Source of the DNA: a virus
Lineage: Duplodnaviria; Caudoviricetes
Virus record (IMG/VR): IMGVR_UViG_3300028197_000062
Span: 1 to 36,126 of that record
DNA: 36,126 nucleotides
Strand: one strand, 5' to 3'
Positions 1-9,771 of the stretch are shown in pieces. The notes beneath the pieces were generated by a model. It saw nothing but the letters and a program-made list of their open reading frames with translations, made no database searches and was not told the origin of the DNA. The position numbers and the translations under genes are program-made. The stretch's first letter is position 1; every line of letters starts with the position of its first letter.

Positions 1-132
1 AATCCAGGCTACAACTTCGTCACAAATAAATTCAACATTGTTCTGAATTAGTTCGTATGCACCAGGATATCTGTTACCCGATAACGGGATGCCTGGTTGA
101 AATATATACGATTCTACTTTTTGTTTAGCCAT
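1..132 (-). CDS. N-terminal fragment of a virion structural protein (runs off the window)
   Basis: ATG at 132, 5 nt after the stop of 138..1169, with an open frame to the window edge. It reads MAKQKVESYIFQPGIPLSGNRYPGAYELIQNNVEFICDEVVAWI. The end resembles the helical repeat LLTANKEYIADETVAWI of the 2103-aa protein. Confidence 0.75.
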   Translation of the reverse strand, partial: MAKQKVESYIFQPGIPLSGNRYPGAYELIQNNVEFICDEVVAWI

Positions 133-137
133 TTATT

Positions 138-1169
138 TTAACTTCCTAATGCAATCGCTAATGCGGTTGCTCTTCCATCTACATATTTTTTATTAGCAAT
201 AGCTGTTCTTTGTGTTGGCGTTGCTTGTACATTCGCCTCAGTAAAGGTAGCTTTTGCAGGTGTCGTCATTCCTATTGTAGTATTATTTAGCGTTCCTAGA
301 GTTGTTACTAAATTATTCGAACTAACGCTTCCCGGTGTCGTAACACCAAGACTCATGTTGTCTATTGTACCACCCGCGGCTGGATTTACTAATAGTGTAC
401 CTGCTGAGCCTGACGGTATAATTCTAATATCTGCGTTTTCACCGTTAAGTGTAACATTATCTGTAGTTGTTAAACGTAGTGCGTTAACATCCATGTTGCT
501 TATTGTACCACCGTTTGATGGATTAATTACTACTGTACCTGAACTTCCTGTAGGTGCTAATGTAATCACAGCATTTTCACCCTGTGCAGTTACATCACCT
601 GTTGTAAGTATGCTTGAAAAACTACCAACACCAGTAATAGTTGGGTCAATGATAGTAAGTGTACCAATTGGTGTTTGATCCGCATCTGCAAAATATAATG
701 TGCTTGGAGCATTTGTTGGAACTGCAAGTGTAACCTTTCCTTCAAATTGTCCTTGTGCTTCTGAACCTGATTTAGATACAGTAGCATCTTTACTTAAATG
801 TGTAAGTCCTTCGTTGTATTCTGTATAAACACCACCAGTCATTTGATAAACGTTAAACGATAACGAACCAAGTGTCTGTCCTGCGGCGTTTGTTGATCTT
901 AAATTTAAGTTGAATATGTATGAACTGCCTCTTGTTAAAGTAACCACTGGGTTAGCTTGTAGGTCAGTTGCTGATCCATCTTGGTATTCACCGTCAAACG
1001 TAAAGTTACCACCAGCATCTCTTACAACGTAATCTCCTGATACGTCAGCCGCTTCATCAACAACGGTATAGGTCACACTACGCAAGGTAACATTACCTTG
1101 ATCGTCTACTAAAAATCCATTTGATTTAAATCCGTGTTGTGCTTCAAAGGGTGACTTAATAACTGACAT
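138..1169 (-). CDS. Putative virion structural/fibre protein with a ligand-less cupredoxin-like domain
   Basis: 343 aa, Thr/Gly-rich. It has an NPVVTLTRGSSYIF...VPTNAPSTLYF module and a C-terminal ANKKYVD...ALAIALG fibre-type ending. A GGAG RBS and a late promoter lie upstream. Confidence 0.7.
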   Translation of the reverse strand: MSVIKSPFEAQHGFKSNGFLVDDQGNVTLRSVTYTVVDEAADVSGDYVVRDAGGNFTFDGEYQDGSATDLQANPVVTLTRGSSYIFNLNLRSTNAAGQTLGSLSFNVYQMTGGVYTEYNEGLTHLSKDATVSKSGSEAQGQFEGKVTLAVPTNAPSTLYFADADQTPIGTLTIIDPTITGVGSFSSILTTGDVTAQGENAVITLAPTGSSGTVVINPSNGGTISNMDVNALRLTTTDNVTLNGENADIRIIPSGSAGTLLVNPAAGGTIDNMSLGVTTPGSVSSNNLVTTLGTLNNTTIGMTTPAKATFTEANVQATPTQRTAIANKKYVDGRATALAIALGS

Positions 1170-1183
1170 AGTATTCTCCTTTT

Positions 1184-1192
1184 GTATTTATC
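1184..1192 (-). promoter_or_regulatory. T4-like late promoter GATAAATAC
   Basis: Intergenic, upstream of 138..1169; the motif recurs in intergenic gaps. Confidence 0.7.
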
Positions 1193-1197
1193 TGCAT

Positions 1198-2892
1198 CTA
1201 GGTTACTACTATTAAGCCATGCATCGCACTATGATACTGACAGTTATAATGATATGTACCTGCTGACGCCGGTGTCCAAGTAATTGTTCCAACTGCGGCG
1301 CCTTGTCCTGTTGCCGCTGGTGTTGTTACTTGATAACTTGTACCAGACGAGTTTGTTGTTTTTAAGTACAACGGATGTCCACTTGCATTTACTGTAAGTG
1401 TTAGGTTATCATTTGTGTTAAGATTAATTGTTTGGTTATTTCCAGTTACAGCACCATTTCTATCTGTACCTGATAATGTGTATGCACCAGCCCCTGCATT
1501 GGTCATTGTAATACTATAGTTATTACCTGGTGTAATTGATGTATCATTAATTGTTACTCCAACTGTTGCTTCACCGTTGTTTAGTGCAAGAGCAAAAGTT
1601 TCTGTACCTTCAGTAGTTGTGTCTGCTGTAACACTTACTGTTAGTGTTTCCTGTGATCCAACAATAAAGTCTCCAGTCAATGGCGCACCGTTGATGTCTG
1701 CTGATGTTACACCTGTAATAGTGTAACCTAGGCTTGTACCATTTGCAACATTGGCTGTTGACAACGTAACAGTAAATGACGTTCCTTCGTTGGCTGTTGC
1801 CGTCGAACGTCCCAGTGAGTAACTTTCCACTGCCGCTGATACCGAAGTATCTGCAATCTGTACCTGTGCAGTTGCTCCACCATTGTTCAATGCTATGTTG
1901 AAACTTTCTGTTCCTTCAGTTGTTACATCTTCTGCAAGTGTAAAGTCAAAGAATTCTGTTGTTCCAACAATAAATGTACCTGTCAATGTTCCTGCTGTTA
2001 GGTCTGACGCTGTTAATCCTGTTACTGTATAATCTAAACTTACACCTGGATCAACATTACCTGTTGAAAGTGAAATTCTAAATGTATCGCCCTCATTAAC
2101 GTTTGATAAGTTAGAAGTCAATGTGTATGTAACAGCAGGTGTCTGTGAAGTATCATTAAACAGAACGTTTGCTGTCACTGCCGGATCTTTTCCGTCAAGT
2201 GTCATTGTAAATGTTTCAGGACCTTCACTGGCCAAGTCTGCTGTTACTGGATATGTAATTGCATCTGTTGTTCCTGTGATAAAGTTTCCTGTTAGGTTTG
2301 CTCCACCAATATCTGCACTTTGTACTCCTGTGATTGTGTAAGGAATTGTTGTACCTGCATTGACATTGGTTGTAATAAGTGTAATAGTAAAGTTCTGTCC
2401 TTCGTTTGCTTGTGAAGTAGTACGTGATAATGTGTAAGTTGGATCGTATGCACTTGAACTTGATCCTGCAATAACAGGTCCTGGCTCGTTTAGTGTTGCG
2501 TAGTAGTTTGCACTATGTATAATTTTTGCACCAGCTATACTTGTTGAATCGTCTTGTATTCTTGGATATGCCATAAGTTTAAAGTAACTGTCTGTTACTA
2601 CTACTTCTAGCTGTAATAGGTCGTCTCCTAAGTTAGAACGCCCATATATTACTATGTTTGCTGTGCTTGTACTTGCTGTACACAAGCATTTAATGATCTC
2701 TTTACGTGCTGAGTTAACATCACAAGCTATTGTGTATTCTACGCCGAAATAACTACCTACATACCAGCGATCTAGTTCAGTACCATTTTCCACAAGTGAA
2801 GCCGATGGACCTGCATATGACAGATTTGCCCCACCTCTAAACTCTATTGTGTTGTTTTGCCCTTTACGGAAAAACTTGCTGATATCAAACAT
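1198..2892 (-). CDS. Virion surface protein: three Calx-beta/Ig-like repeats plus a C-terminal cupredoxin (type-1 copper-like) domain
   Basis: Three repeats of about 100 aa (Y.L......NEG..F...L.T.NV..G....YT.TG....D...G.F...D...EG.E.F...L). The C-terminus has GHPLY...YHYNCQYHSAMHG with His/Cys/His/Met. Confidence 0.7.
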   Translation of the reverse strand: MFDISKFFRKGQNNTIEFRGGANLSYAGPSASLVENGTELDRWYVGSYFGVEYTIACDVNSARKEIIKCLCTASTSTANIVIYGRSNLGDDLLQLEVVVTDSYFKLMAYPRIQDDSTSIAGAKIIHSANYYATLNEPGPVIAGSSSSAYDPTYTLSRTTSQANEGQNFTITLITTNVNAGTTIPYTITGVQSADIGGANLTGNFITGTTDAITYPVTADLASEGPETFTMTLDGKDPAVTANVLFNDTSQTPAVTYTLTSNLSNVNEGDTFRISLSTGNVDPGVSLDYTVTGLTASDLTAGTLTGTFIVGTTEFFDFTLAEDVTTEGTESFNIALNNGGATAQVQIADTSVSAAVESYSLGRSTATANEGTSFTVTLSTANVANGTSLGYTITGVTSADINGAPLTGDFIVGSQETLTVSVTADTTTEGTETFALALNNGEATVGVTINDTSITPGNNYSITMTNAGAGAYTLSGTDRNGAVTGNNQTINLNTNDNLTLTVNASGHPLYLKTTNSSGTSYQVTTPAATGQGAAVGTITWTPASAGTYHYNCQYHSAMHGLIVVT

Positions 2893-2909
2893 TCACATTC
2901 CTCTTTGTA

Positions 2910-2918
2910 GTATTTATC
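2910..2918 (-). promoter_or_regulatory. T4-like late promoter GATAAATAC
   Basis: Upstream of 1198..2892. Confidence 0.7.
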
Positions 2919-3007
2919 CGTACCGCACAACTCCGTCTCAAAGTTCTGCTACCGCTTTTTACCGCTTCGCGGCACTTAAACTGCTTAATGATGTGTTGTT
3001 TTTAAAT

Positions 3008-4813
3008 TTATTCGTCATTTTTTAGCGTTATTAGTTTTTTATATTCAGGCAAGTATAAGTATTCAATGTCGCTATGTTTCAATGTACGCACAGCATCATC
3101 TAATGTTTCTACTAATGGTTCTCCGCCTAAGTTAAAACTAGTATTGAAAATAATAGACAATCCTGTCTTTTCTTTCCACGCTTTAATGAGATTATAATAG
3201 TGTTCGTTTTGATCTTTGTTTACAGTTTGTATTCTACAAGTTCCATCAACATGAATAATACTTGGAATCTTTTCTGCAATACCAGGTTGACAGTTTACGG
3301 CATACATCATTGTAGGTGAGCTTTTCATTCCACGTAAGTCAAACCATTCATGTACATCTTCTTCTAATATACTACCTGCAAATGGGCGGAAGTATTCTCT
3401 GTGCTTAATAAGATTAACATGATCTTTACCTTTAGGATCACTTGGATCATACATAATAGTTCTGTTACCTAATGCACGTGGACCATTCTCTGAACGTCCT
3501 TGGAAGATAGTACAAATATCTCTATTAACTAGTATATCAACTGCTTTACTTTCATCTGCATCTTCTATTGTAGCACCATATTTTTCTGCTGTCGTTAACA
3601 ACTCTTTTTCGTTATAACAGTATGATGGTCCTTCGTATAATGTGTCTTGTTGTTTTTGTATTGAATTATCTTTTGTAAGTTTTCTATGCATCAACATTGC
3701 CGCACCCATGGCCGTACCTGCATCATTACTAACTGGCTCTACGTATATCTCAATGTCATCGTCTTTTAATTGATCTAAGTATTCATAGTTTGCTACACAA
3801 TTTAATCCGTAGCCTCCACTAATAACAACTTTATTTTTTCCTGACATTTCGACAGCACGTTTAATTAACTTAACAACTTGATCCTGTGATTCTGTTTGTA
3901 CAGCATAAGCTAGATCTCTTCTGTTATCTAACTTACTAACATCTTCTTCATCATGATGAGTCAAGTTTTCAAAGAAGTTGTAGTTTACATGAGCTCCGTT
4001 GGGGTATGTAGGAACTATTGTTTGTCTATCTGAGATAGGAAAGAGTGTATCTTCTCTAAACAATTTAGTTTTACTAGGCTTACCATATGGAAATAATCCC
4101 ATAGTTTTGCCAGCTTCAATAAAACTAAAACCACAATACTCTGTTACTGCTTCGTATGTTTTTACAATACCTGCATTCTCTGTTAATAATACATTATGAG
4201 TCCATTCTTTAGGCTCATTGTATAATTCGCTTGACATATCTGTTAAGTACTGCATAGTCATCGGACCATTAGTACCAAGATGTTTGTACATTGTTTTAAA
4301 ATTATCTGGGTAATTACAATCAAAGATTGTTTCTGTTTCCCAAACTGTTATTGGATCACCTTTGTCAGTTTGTAAGTCAATAAACGTACCGGCGCCATCA
4401 ACAATAAGTGCTACTGCTTCATCAAATCCTGATCTATAAAAAGCAGTTGCGGCGTGTAATTTATGATGAATATTACTCATATCAATTACTTGCGGATGAT
4501 TCTCGTTTGGATTATAAGGCTTTCTACTTATTAATCCTAATTTTCTTGCAAGGCCTGTGTAAACATCGTCTCCACTAAAGTCTACTCTACCTGCTGTTCT
4601 TTGTAAATTTTGTGTATGTGCAATACATAAGAAGTCTAACTTATCTGTATAATCTAGTATCTTTAACATTGAAGCATACGGACCTCCGTCGTATTTTTGA
4701 CGTGTCAGTCTTTCTTCTTCAATAGCAAATACTATTTCACCGTCTTTTAATAAACACACGCCTGCGTTGTGTCCTCTTGCAATTCCGGCTATCCATATCG
4801 GTTTCTTACTCAT
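3008..4813 (-). CDS. O-carbamoyltransferase, NodU/CmcH/TobZ family
   Basis: 601 aa with the family motifs H.A..CL..DG.I.FAIEEERL.R.K, HHKLHAA.AFY.SGF, VDGAG, AGK.MGL..YG, SGG..LNC.AN, NDAGTA.GAA, GRSE.GPRALGNR, REYFRPFA, HVDGT.R.QTV and NTSFNL.GEP.V. Confidence 0.93.
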   Translation of the reverse strand: MSKKPIWIAGIARGHNAGVCLLKDGEIVFAIEEERLTRQKYDGGPYASMLKILDYTDKLDFLCIAHTQNLQRTAGRVDFSGDDVYTGLARKLGLISRKPYNPNENHPQVIDMSNIHHKLHAATAFYRSGFDEAVALIVDGAGTFIDLQTDKGDPITVWETETIFDCNYPDNFKTMYKHLGTNGPMTMQYLTDMSSELYNEPKEWTHNVLLTENAGIVKTYEAVTEYCGFSFIEAGKTMGLFPYGKPSKTKLFREDTLFPISDRQTIVPTYPNGAHVNYNFFENLTHHDEEDVSKLDNRRDLAYAVQTESQDQVVKLIKRAVEMSGKNKVVISGGYGLNCVANYEYLDQLKDDDIEIYVEPVSNDAGTAMGAAMLMHRKLTKDNSIQKQQDTLYEGPSYCYNEKELLTTAEKYGATIEDADESKAVDILVNRDICTIFQGRSENGPRALGNRTIMYDPSDPKGKDHVNLIKHREYFRPFAGSILEEDVHEWFDLRGMKSSPTMMYAVNCQPGIAEKIPSIIHVDGTCRIQTVNKDQNEHYYNLIKAWKEKTGLSIIFNTSFNLGGEPLVETLDDAVRTLKHSDIEYLYLPEYKKLITLKNDE

Positions 4814-5638
4814 TTAAAATCCTCTGTAATTCCTATTCCATTGTACTGCACTAGTAATATTAGAAATAGTTTCTTTATAATCATTAGTCTTAGACTTCAT
4901 AGTAGTATCTATCAGTTTTTTCTGCTTTGCAGTTAGGATCTGATTGTGTAAAACAGAGTCAACCCAACTTAAATGCTGTGATGGGCTTGGGTGTAACTCG
5001 ATCCATTTTTCACCTTTATCATTTTCAAACCACCAACTTTCATTTGGTCTATTCCACGCATGAAGTCCTAACGGTTCTAACCATTCTCTTCCTTGTAAAA
5101 CATTTCTATATTCAGGCACTTCATATTCTGTAAATGCATCTGCAAGTTCTGGAGTATTTCTTAAATTTTCTCCATGTCCTTTTTGATGTGGTATGTCTGT
5201 ACCTAGTGTTTTTATATCACTAATACTTGTAAAATAATATTCACAATCTATTGAATCTAATAGTCCTTTAGTTAGTATTATGTTATTAAGTGTGTGTAGA
5301 AATAAAGCCTTTTCATCATAAAAAGTATCAACCCATTTTTTATCAAAAGTCTTTTCGTTTTGATAACTGAATATACTACCTTTAGTTTGCCATGGTTCGA
5401 CTGAGTTAAATTTAAGCCAGTCATATCTTAAATGGCTTGACCATTGTACAAAAATTGTGTCGTCTTTTGTAAAGTTATTTTTAACATGGCATTCAGCAAC
5501 ACGTTCTGCAATAGCACGGTTACCTAGTCCTGCATGACCCCAGTTTTCATGTACGTCATATTCAAGACCTAATATATCAGCCCACGTTGGCCAGTTCCAT
5601 GATGTATAAGAACAACCGAATGTGAACAGTCTACGCAT
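4814..5638 (-). CDS. SGNH/GDSL-like hydrolase/acyltransferase-fold protein
   Basis: FGCSYT (block I, GxS), N.G..G.GN (block II), VQWS...R and a C-terminal HPS...H. It overlaps the upstream gene by 1 nt (TAATG) and abuts the downstream gene. Confidence 0.6.
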   Translation of the reverse strand: MRRLFTFGCSYTSWNWPTWADILGLEYDVHENWGHAGLGNRAIAERVAECHVKNNFTKDDTIFVQWSSHLRYDWLKFNSVEPWQTKGSIFSYQNEKTFDKKWVDTFYDEKALFLHTLNNIILTKGLLDSIDCEYYFTSISDIKTLGTDIPHQKGHGENLRNTPELADAFTEYEVPEYRNVLQGREWLEPLGLHAWNRPNESWWFENDKGEKWIELHPSPSQHLSWVDSVLHNQILTAKQKKLIDTTMKSKTNDYKETISNITSAVQWNRNYRGF

Positions 5639-6633
5639 TACTTTGTGTCTTTAGCGTCTTCGCTGTATTTAGATCCTACTTTAGGTAAATTTTTAATGCC
5701 GTTGTTTACTGACTGACAAATAATTTTTTCAACTTTTTCATTCATAGCCATGATACCGTCATTAGTTCTATCTGAAAACTCATCTTGTGTAACTCTAATA
5801 GGACTATAAACTCTTGCACCTTCACCCATGTCTAAGATATCAAAGTTTTTATCTTCTGGGTAAGAAACGTTAACAGGATAAGTTGATCCAATTACTACTG
5901 TACATTTTTTATCTAATGCATGAACCATATGTTGTCCTGAACTATCGCAACCTAAAAAGTAATCTGCGTTAGCAATAATACCAGCCCAATGTCTTAGGTC
6001 TGCACCCATAGGACTTGCTACTGGTTCTTTTACTCCGTGTTTAGTAAAGTCAATACCAAACTCTGCCATATGTACAACACCAAAGTCTTTAGAAAGTCTT
6101 TTGATAATAGCAATGGCATTTTCTGCTTCAAAACTTCTACCACTATAGTCACTAATCATTCCGTTTTCATGTTGAACTGTTCTACCAAAAGGTTGGAATA
6201 CAACAATCTTATCTTTTTTAGTTTTTTCTTTAACTTCATCGATAAGTTTTTTACCAAAGATCATTTCTTCTTTGTTTAGTTTAAGTTTAGGCTTGTGTAG
6301 AACACGTAGTCCTTTGTTATTAATTGCAATATCATATGCTTGAGCAATAGAACAAAGTTGATTGTAATATTCCCAAACTCTATATGGTTCTGGTGTAATT
6401 AAATCGCGATCTTTTAGTTTATCTTGGAATAGGCCTTTGTGCCAATGATCATATACTTTAGCATAAAGGGTTGGATGACCTTTAAAGAAGTCTGTTCCAC
6501 CCTCACATACAATAACAAAATCGTCTTCTGGATTTTCTTCTTGGAATTTTTCTAAAGCAGGGATAGATGCTATGACTCTTCCAGCACCGCCATTGATAAA
6601 AATGGCCGAGTTTCTTTTAATTTCTTCTGACAT
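5638..6633 (-). CDS. Putative GT-B glycosyltransferase (GT9/heptosyltransferase-like)
   Basis: N-terminal INGGAGRVIASIPAL, central VVFQPFG, and the GT9-like C-terminal motif LR.WAGIIANADYFLGCDSSGQHMV.AL.K...V..GST.P. Confidence 0.65.
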   Translation of the reverse strand: MSEEIKRNSAIFINGGAGRVIASIPALEKFQEENPEDDFVIVCEGGTDFFKGHPTLYAKVYDHWHKGLFQDKLKDRDLITPEPYRVWEYYNQLCSIAQAYDIAINNKGLRVLHKPKLKLNKEEMIFGKKLIDEVKEKTKKDKIVVFQPFGRTVQHENGMISDYSGRSFEAENAIAIIKRLSKDFGVVHMAEFGIDFTKHGVKEPVASPMGADLRHWAGIIANADYFLGCDSSGQHMVHALDKKCTVVIGSTYPVNVSYPEDKNFDILDMGEGARVYSPIRVTQDEFSDRTNDGIMAMNEKVEKIICQSVNNGIKNLPKVGSKYSEDAKDTK

Positions 6634-6710
6634 TTATCATCCTTTTGTAGTAACTATATACATACTTCTTCGTGAAGCACTTACAAAGTTATTTAAAAGG
6701 AATTATAGTA

Positions 6711-8165
6711 TTAAGATTGTTTTCTGGCTGTGATAGTTCCAGCTATTCTAGTTCTGCCTTTAGCGTCTGTAGGCGCCGCTGGTAGCCCGTCTGCTACACC
6801 ATCATCAAATGGAGTACCGTCTGTGCTTAATCCTAGTCTAGCTAAATCTGTACCAAAGTAATGTCCGTCCATCTCTGGTGGAACAAAGTGGCAAGTTGCT
6901 GGGTGATATGTGTGTTCCATTAACCATCCATCTGCTGGATTGTCTCTATTATTAGCATCTGTGTTATCTGGAACGTTGTCGCCTAATGTAGTTGACGCAT
7001 CCATTCCATTTACAACAGCACCATAACGTCCAGTTGCACCTGGGAACTGATCGTTTTCTCCCCAAATACCTGGTTGTAATGCTTTTGGTGATTGTGGTTG
7101 TCTAATTTTCCAAGGATCAATACGTTCTACTTTAGAAAGATTAAACTGTGCTCCTGAACCTGTTGTAGAACTATCTGCTGACATAACAATAGTATAAGCT
7201 ACATTGTTAATAGTTTTAGCTTCTTTCATGTGTCTTGCATTAAAGGCATTTCTTGTTCTAACACCAGTAATAGCACCGTCTTGTCCAATACTTGTAACAA
7301 TAATGTTTACATCTAATGAATCATTTGCATCTGCTGGTGCAGTTGGTTTCCACTGCTCTCCATCATTTGGATCTGCTTCAAAATCAAAACCTGGTCTACG
7401 TCCCATTGGCTGTGATAAATCATCTAATGATCCAATTTGATCTGTTGTATAACCTAATACACTTGCGTCTACATTCATATGATCACCTACTGAGTAACCT
7501 GTACCGCCAGCCGCAATAGCAACTGACCAACAAGCACCATATATTTCAGGCATATCTCTTAATGCTTGTCTAAATGCTTTCCATTTATCTGCTAAATCAG
7601 TCGGCATATCGTCTGCAATATGTGAGTCTGACCATGAAAGTTGTGACCAACGTGTTTGTTTCATTTGTTCCCAATTAACGTGTGGCTTTAAGAAAGGAAA
7701 TTTATCAGGCCATTGTTTCGCAATCGGATCATAAACAATTTCATCTCTATCGTATGTGTGATCTGGTGTAGGAACTTTAGGTTCAATGTGTGTAAATGCA
7801 ACTCCATTGATATTATTCATTGGTAGTGTAGTAGTTATATTTTCTCTACCTTCTAAAAATAATGTGTCTTGGTGTACTTCCATTAGTTCGCATAATAAAG
7901 GATTTTCTTTACAATCAACTAGCACCATATATTCGTGTGCTGATGGTACAAAATTATCTTCAACTTCGTATGAGTATCTAACCTCACCTGAACGTTTGTT
8001 GTCTTTCTTTCTCATAAACACCCATAGTTTTTCTGGGCCTTTATAAGTCCATTGACCTACTTTACCTTCAGCTGTAGTTTGATACAAATATGCATCTGGC
8101 ATATCATATGAAAACTGAACTTCAATTTCGTTTTTTCTATTTTGTGCGTCTAATCCGTGTCCCAT
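6711..8165 (-). CDS. Tail-assembly-chaperone-like domain protein with a C-terminal extension; paralog of 9772..10464
   Basis: Shares F.YD.PD.YL.QT...Y.GP..L.VF...DC....L.C...PDH.Y with the 230-aa ORF. It contains W..MK..R...L..SD....DMP.....W..FRQ.LRD.P, the motif of phage tail assembly chaperones. Confidence 0.6.
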   Translation of the reverse strand: MGHGLDAQNRKNEIEVQFSYDMPDAYLYQTTAEGKVGQWTYKGPEKLWVFMRKKDNKRSGEVRYSYEVEDNFVPSAHEYMVLVDCKENPLLCELMEVHQDTLFLEGRENITTTLPMNNINGVAFTHIEPKVPTPDHTYDRDEIVYDPIAKQWPDKFPFLKPHVNWEQMKQTRWSQLSWSDSHIADDMPTDLADKWKAFRQALRDMPEIYGACWSVAIAAGGTGYSVGDHMNVDASVLGYTTDQIGSLDDLSQPMGRRPGFDFEADPNDGEQWKPTAPADANDSLDVNIIVTSIGQDGAITGVRTRNAFNARHMKEAKTINNVAYTIVMSADSSTTGSGAQFNLSKVERIDPWKIRQPQSPKALQPGIWGENDQFPGATGRYGAVVNGMDASTTLGDNVPDNTDANNRDNPADGWLMEHTYHPATCHFVPPEMDGHYFGTDLARLGLSTDGTPFDDGVADGLPAAPTDAKGRTRIAGTITARKQS

Positions 8166-8174
8166 AATTATATC

Positions 8175-8975
8175 CTAATAGTATACCACATAAACAGCAC
8201 CTTCGGCTCCTGGTGATCCACAACAACATCCGCCACCGTAGGCTTGTCCTGGAACTCCACCGCCACCTGGCCATGATCCAAATTGATCACCTCCACGTGT
8301 ACAGCAACCGTTTGGTCCTATTCTTGGTCCTGATTGCGCCATTGGTGCAACCGGTGTAAATGATAATCCTCTGTCTCCACAATGCTGTGATCTTTGTGCA
8401 GAACCTGTATAACTTGCTATACCAAAATCAACGTTATTAGGTTGACTTTGACAGTTATAACACGTCATACAACATCCGTAACAACCAAAATAACCATGAC
8501 AGTGAGTACAGTTACTACAGTATCCACCACAAGCTATTGCACAAAAACATGAACTACCTGTTGGTGTTCCCATAACATAACTGTTATGTCCTGCGTAGTT
8601 ATTACCTGCGTATAAACAACATCCTGATCTACCTGCACAAATTGTGAAAGTATCACCTGATGTTACATTTGTTGATTTAATTGCGTAAGAGCCACCGTCT
8701 CCTGAATAGCCCTCCATACAGCAACAGCCACCTGTTCCAGATGCGCCACCGCCCCACATTTCGAATACTGCAAAAGTAGTCCCGTTTGGAACTGTCCAAT
8801 TACAACATTTACCGCCGTTATTGTTACAACAAAATCTTGATTCTGGTGGAACGCCTCTGGCTGTTGCCGGCCATGCTTCACCGTGGTCTCGGTTCCAAGC
8901 ATAACTTACTGTAAATGCTGAAGGAGCCTTAACACCAGTGTCATAACCCGGTACAAAAGATCTTAAACTAGCCAT
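8175..8975 (-). CDS. Cys-rich, Gly-rich putative tail-fibre/virion protein (paralog 1)
   Basis: About 27 Cys in 266 aa. Motif CC.WTVP.G...A.FE.WG.G..G.G.CCC...G.GGSY and C-terminal PG.GG...CC.G..G..G.V.V.Y. Confidence 0.65.
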   Translation of the reverse strand: MASLRSFVPGYDTGVKAPSAFTVSYAWNRDHGEAWPATARGVPPESRFCCNNNGGKCCNWTVPNGTTFAVFEMWGGGASGTGGCCCMEGYSGDGGSYAIKSTNVTSGDTFTICAGRSGCCLYAGNNYAGHNSYVMGTPTGSSCFCAIACGGYCSNCTHCHGYFGCYGCCMTCYNCQSQPNNVDFGIASYTGSAQRSQHCGDRGLSFTPVAPMAQSGPRIGPNGCCTRGGDQFGSWPGGGGVPGQAYGGGCCCGSPGAEGAVYVVYY

Positions 8976-8988
8976 ATATACTCTCTCC

Positions 8989-9759
8989 TTATCCTATATC
9001 CGATTGATAGTAAACTACTACTAATCCGCCTGCGCCTGGTCCGCCACAGTAACAAGTACCGTTGTGCGTATGTAGTGTACCACCGCCTCCTCCTGGGAAG
9101 TCAGCTGGTCCATCACTATCTCTACCATGCGTTTTATAACAACTATCTCTTGACATTCTAGCACTTTGTCCACCGTATGGTGCTGATGTCATATTCTCCC
9201 ATGATGAACTAGAACACATAGATGTTCCTGCTCCACCACCGTTAAATCCACAAATACTAAAATCTGCTCCTTTTACACATCCACATATGTAGTTAGGACA
9301 TCCACAATGTCCGCCCCATGCCGCTCCAAATCCACAAGTAGAACAACCATATCCACCACCTGATGAGCATAAACAGAAGTAACTTCCGTCACAGCAACCA
9401 GTATTTGAACAAGCATAACTACCACAACCTGGACAACCCATTACTGGACGACAGCAACCTGCCGATCCTGCACAAAGGGTAAATACCGCTCCTGGTGTAA
9501 CTTCTGCAACTTTTCTACCGTAGGATCCTGAACCTCCTGGAAAGCCCATCATACAACAACAGCCTCCGCCGCCGTCTCCGCCTGCTCCCCATGTTTCAAA
9601 AGCCGCCCACTTAACATCTGTACTAGCCGTCCATGCACAACAGCAACCTGGGTTACTGTTACGTGTAGTATCCATACTTGTATGGTACACATAGATAGTA
9701 CGCAGAGCTAATGCGCCTTCGCCGCCGCCTAGTTGTAGTAAAGTTCTTAATGCAGACAT
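8989..9759 (-). CDS. Cys-rich, Gly-rich putative tail-fibre/virion protein (paralog 2)
   Basis: About 27 Cys in 256 aa, with the same CCC.WT...FE.WGAGG.GGG.CCC framework and an M..LRTL N-terminus. Confidence 0.65.
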   Translation of the reverse strand: MSALRTLLQLGGGEGALALRTIYVYHTSMDTTRNSNPGCCCAWTASTDVKWAAFETWGAGGDGGGGCCCMMGFPGGSGSYGRKVAEVTPGAVFTLCAGSAGCCRPVMGCPGCGSYACSNTGCCDGSYFCLCSSGGGYGCSTCGFGAAWGGHCGCPNYICGCVKGADFSICGFNGGGAGTSMCSSSSWENMTSAPYGGQSARMSRDSCYKTHGRDSDGPADFPGGGGGTLHTHNGTCYCGGPGAGGLVVVYYQSDIG

Positions 9760-9771
9760 CTATTACTCTCC

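Noticed and set aside
6634-6710. Possible promoter before the glycosyltransferase operon (TATAAT and TTAAATAAC)
   Set aside because: The TATAAT has no matching -35, and the late-like motif deviates from the local consensus. It is too weak to call.
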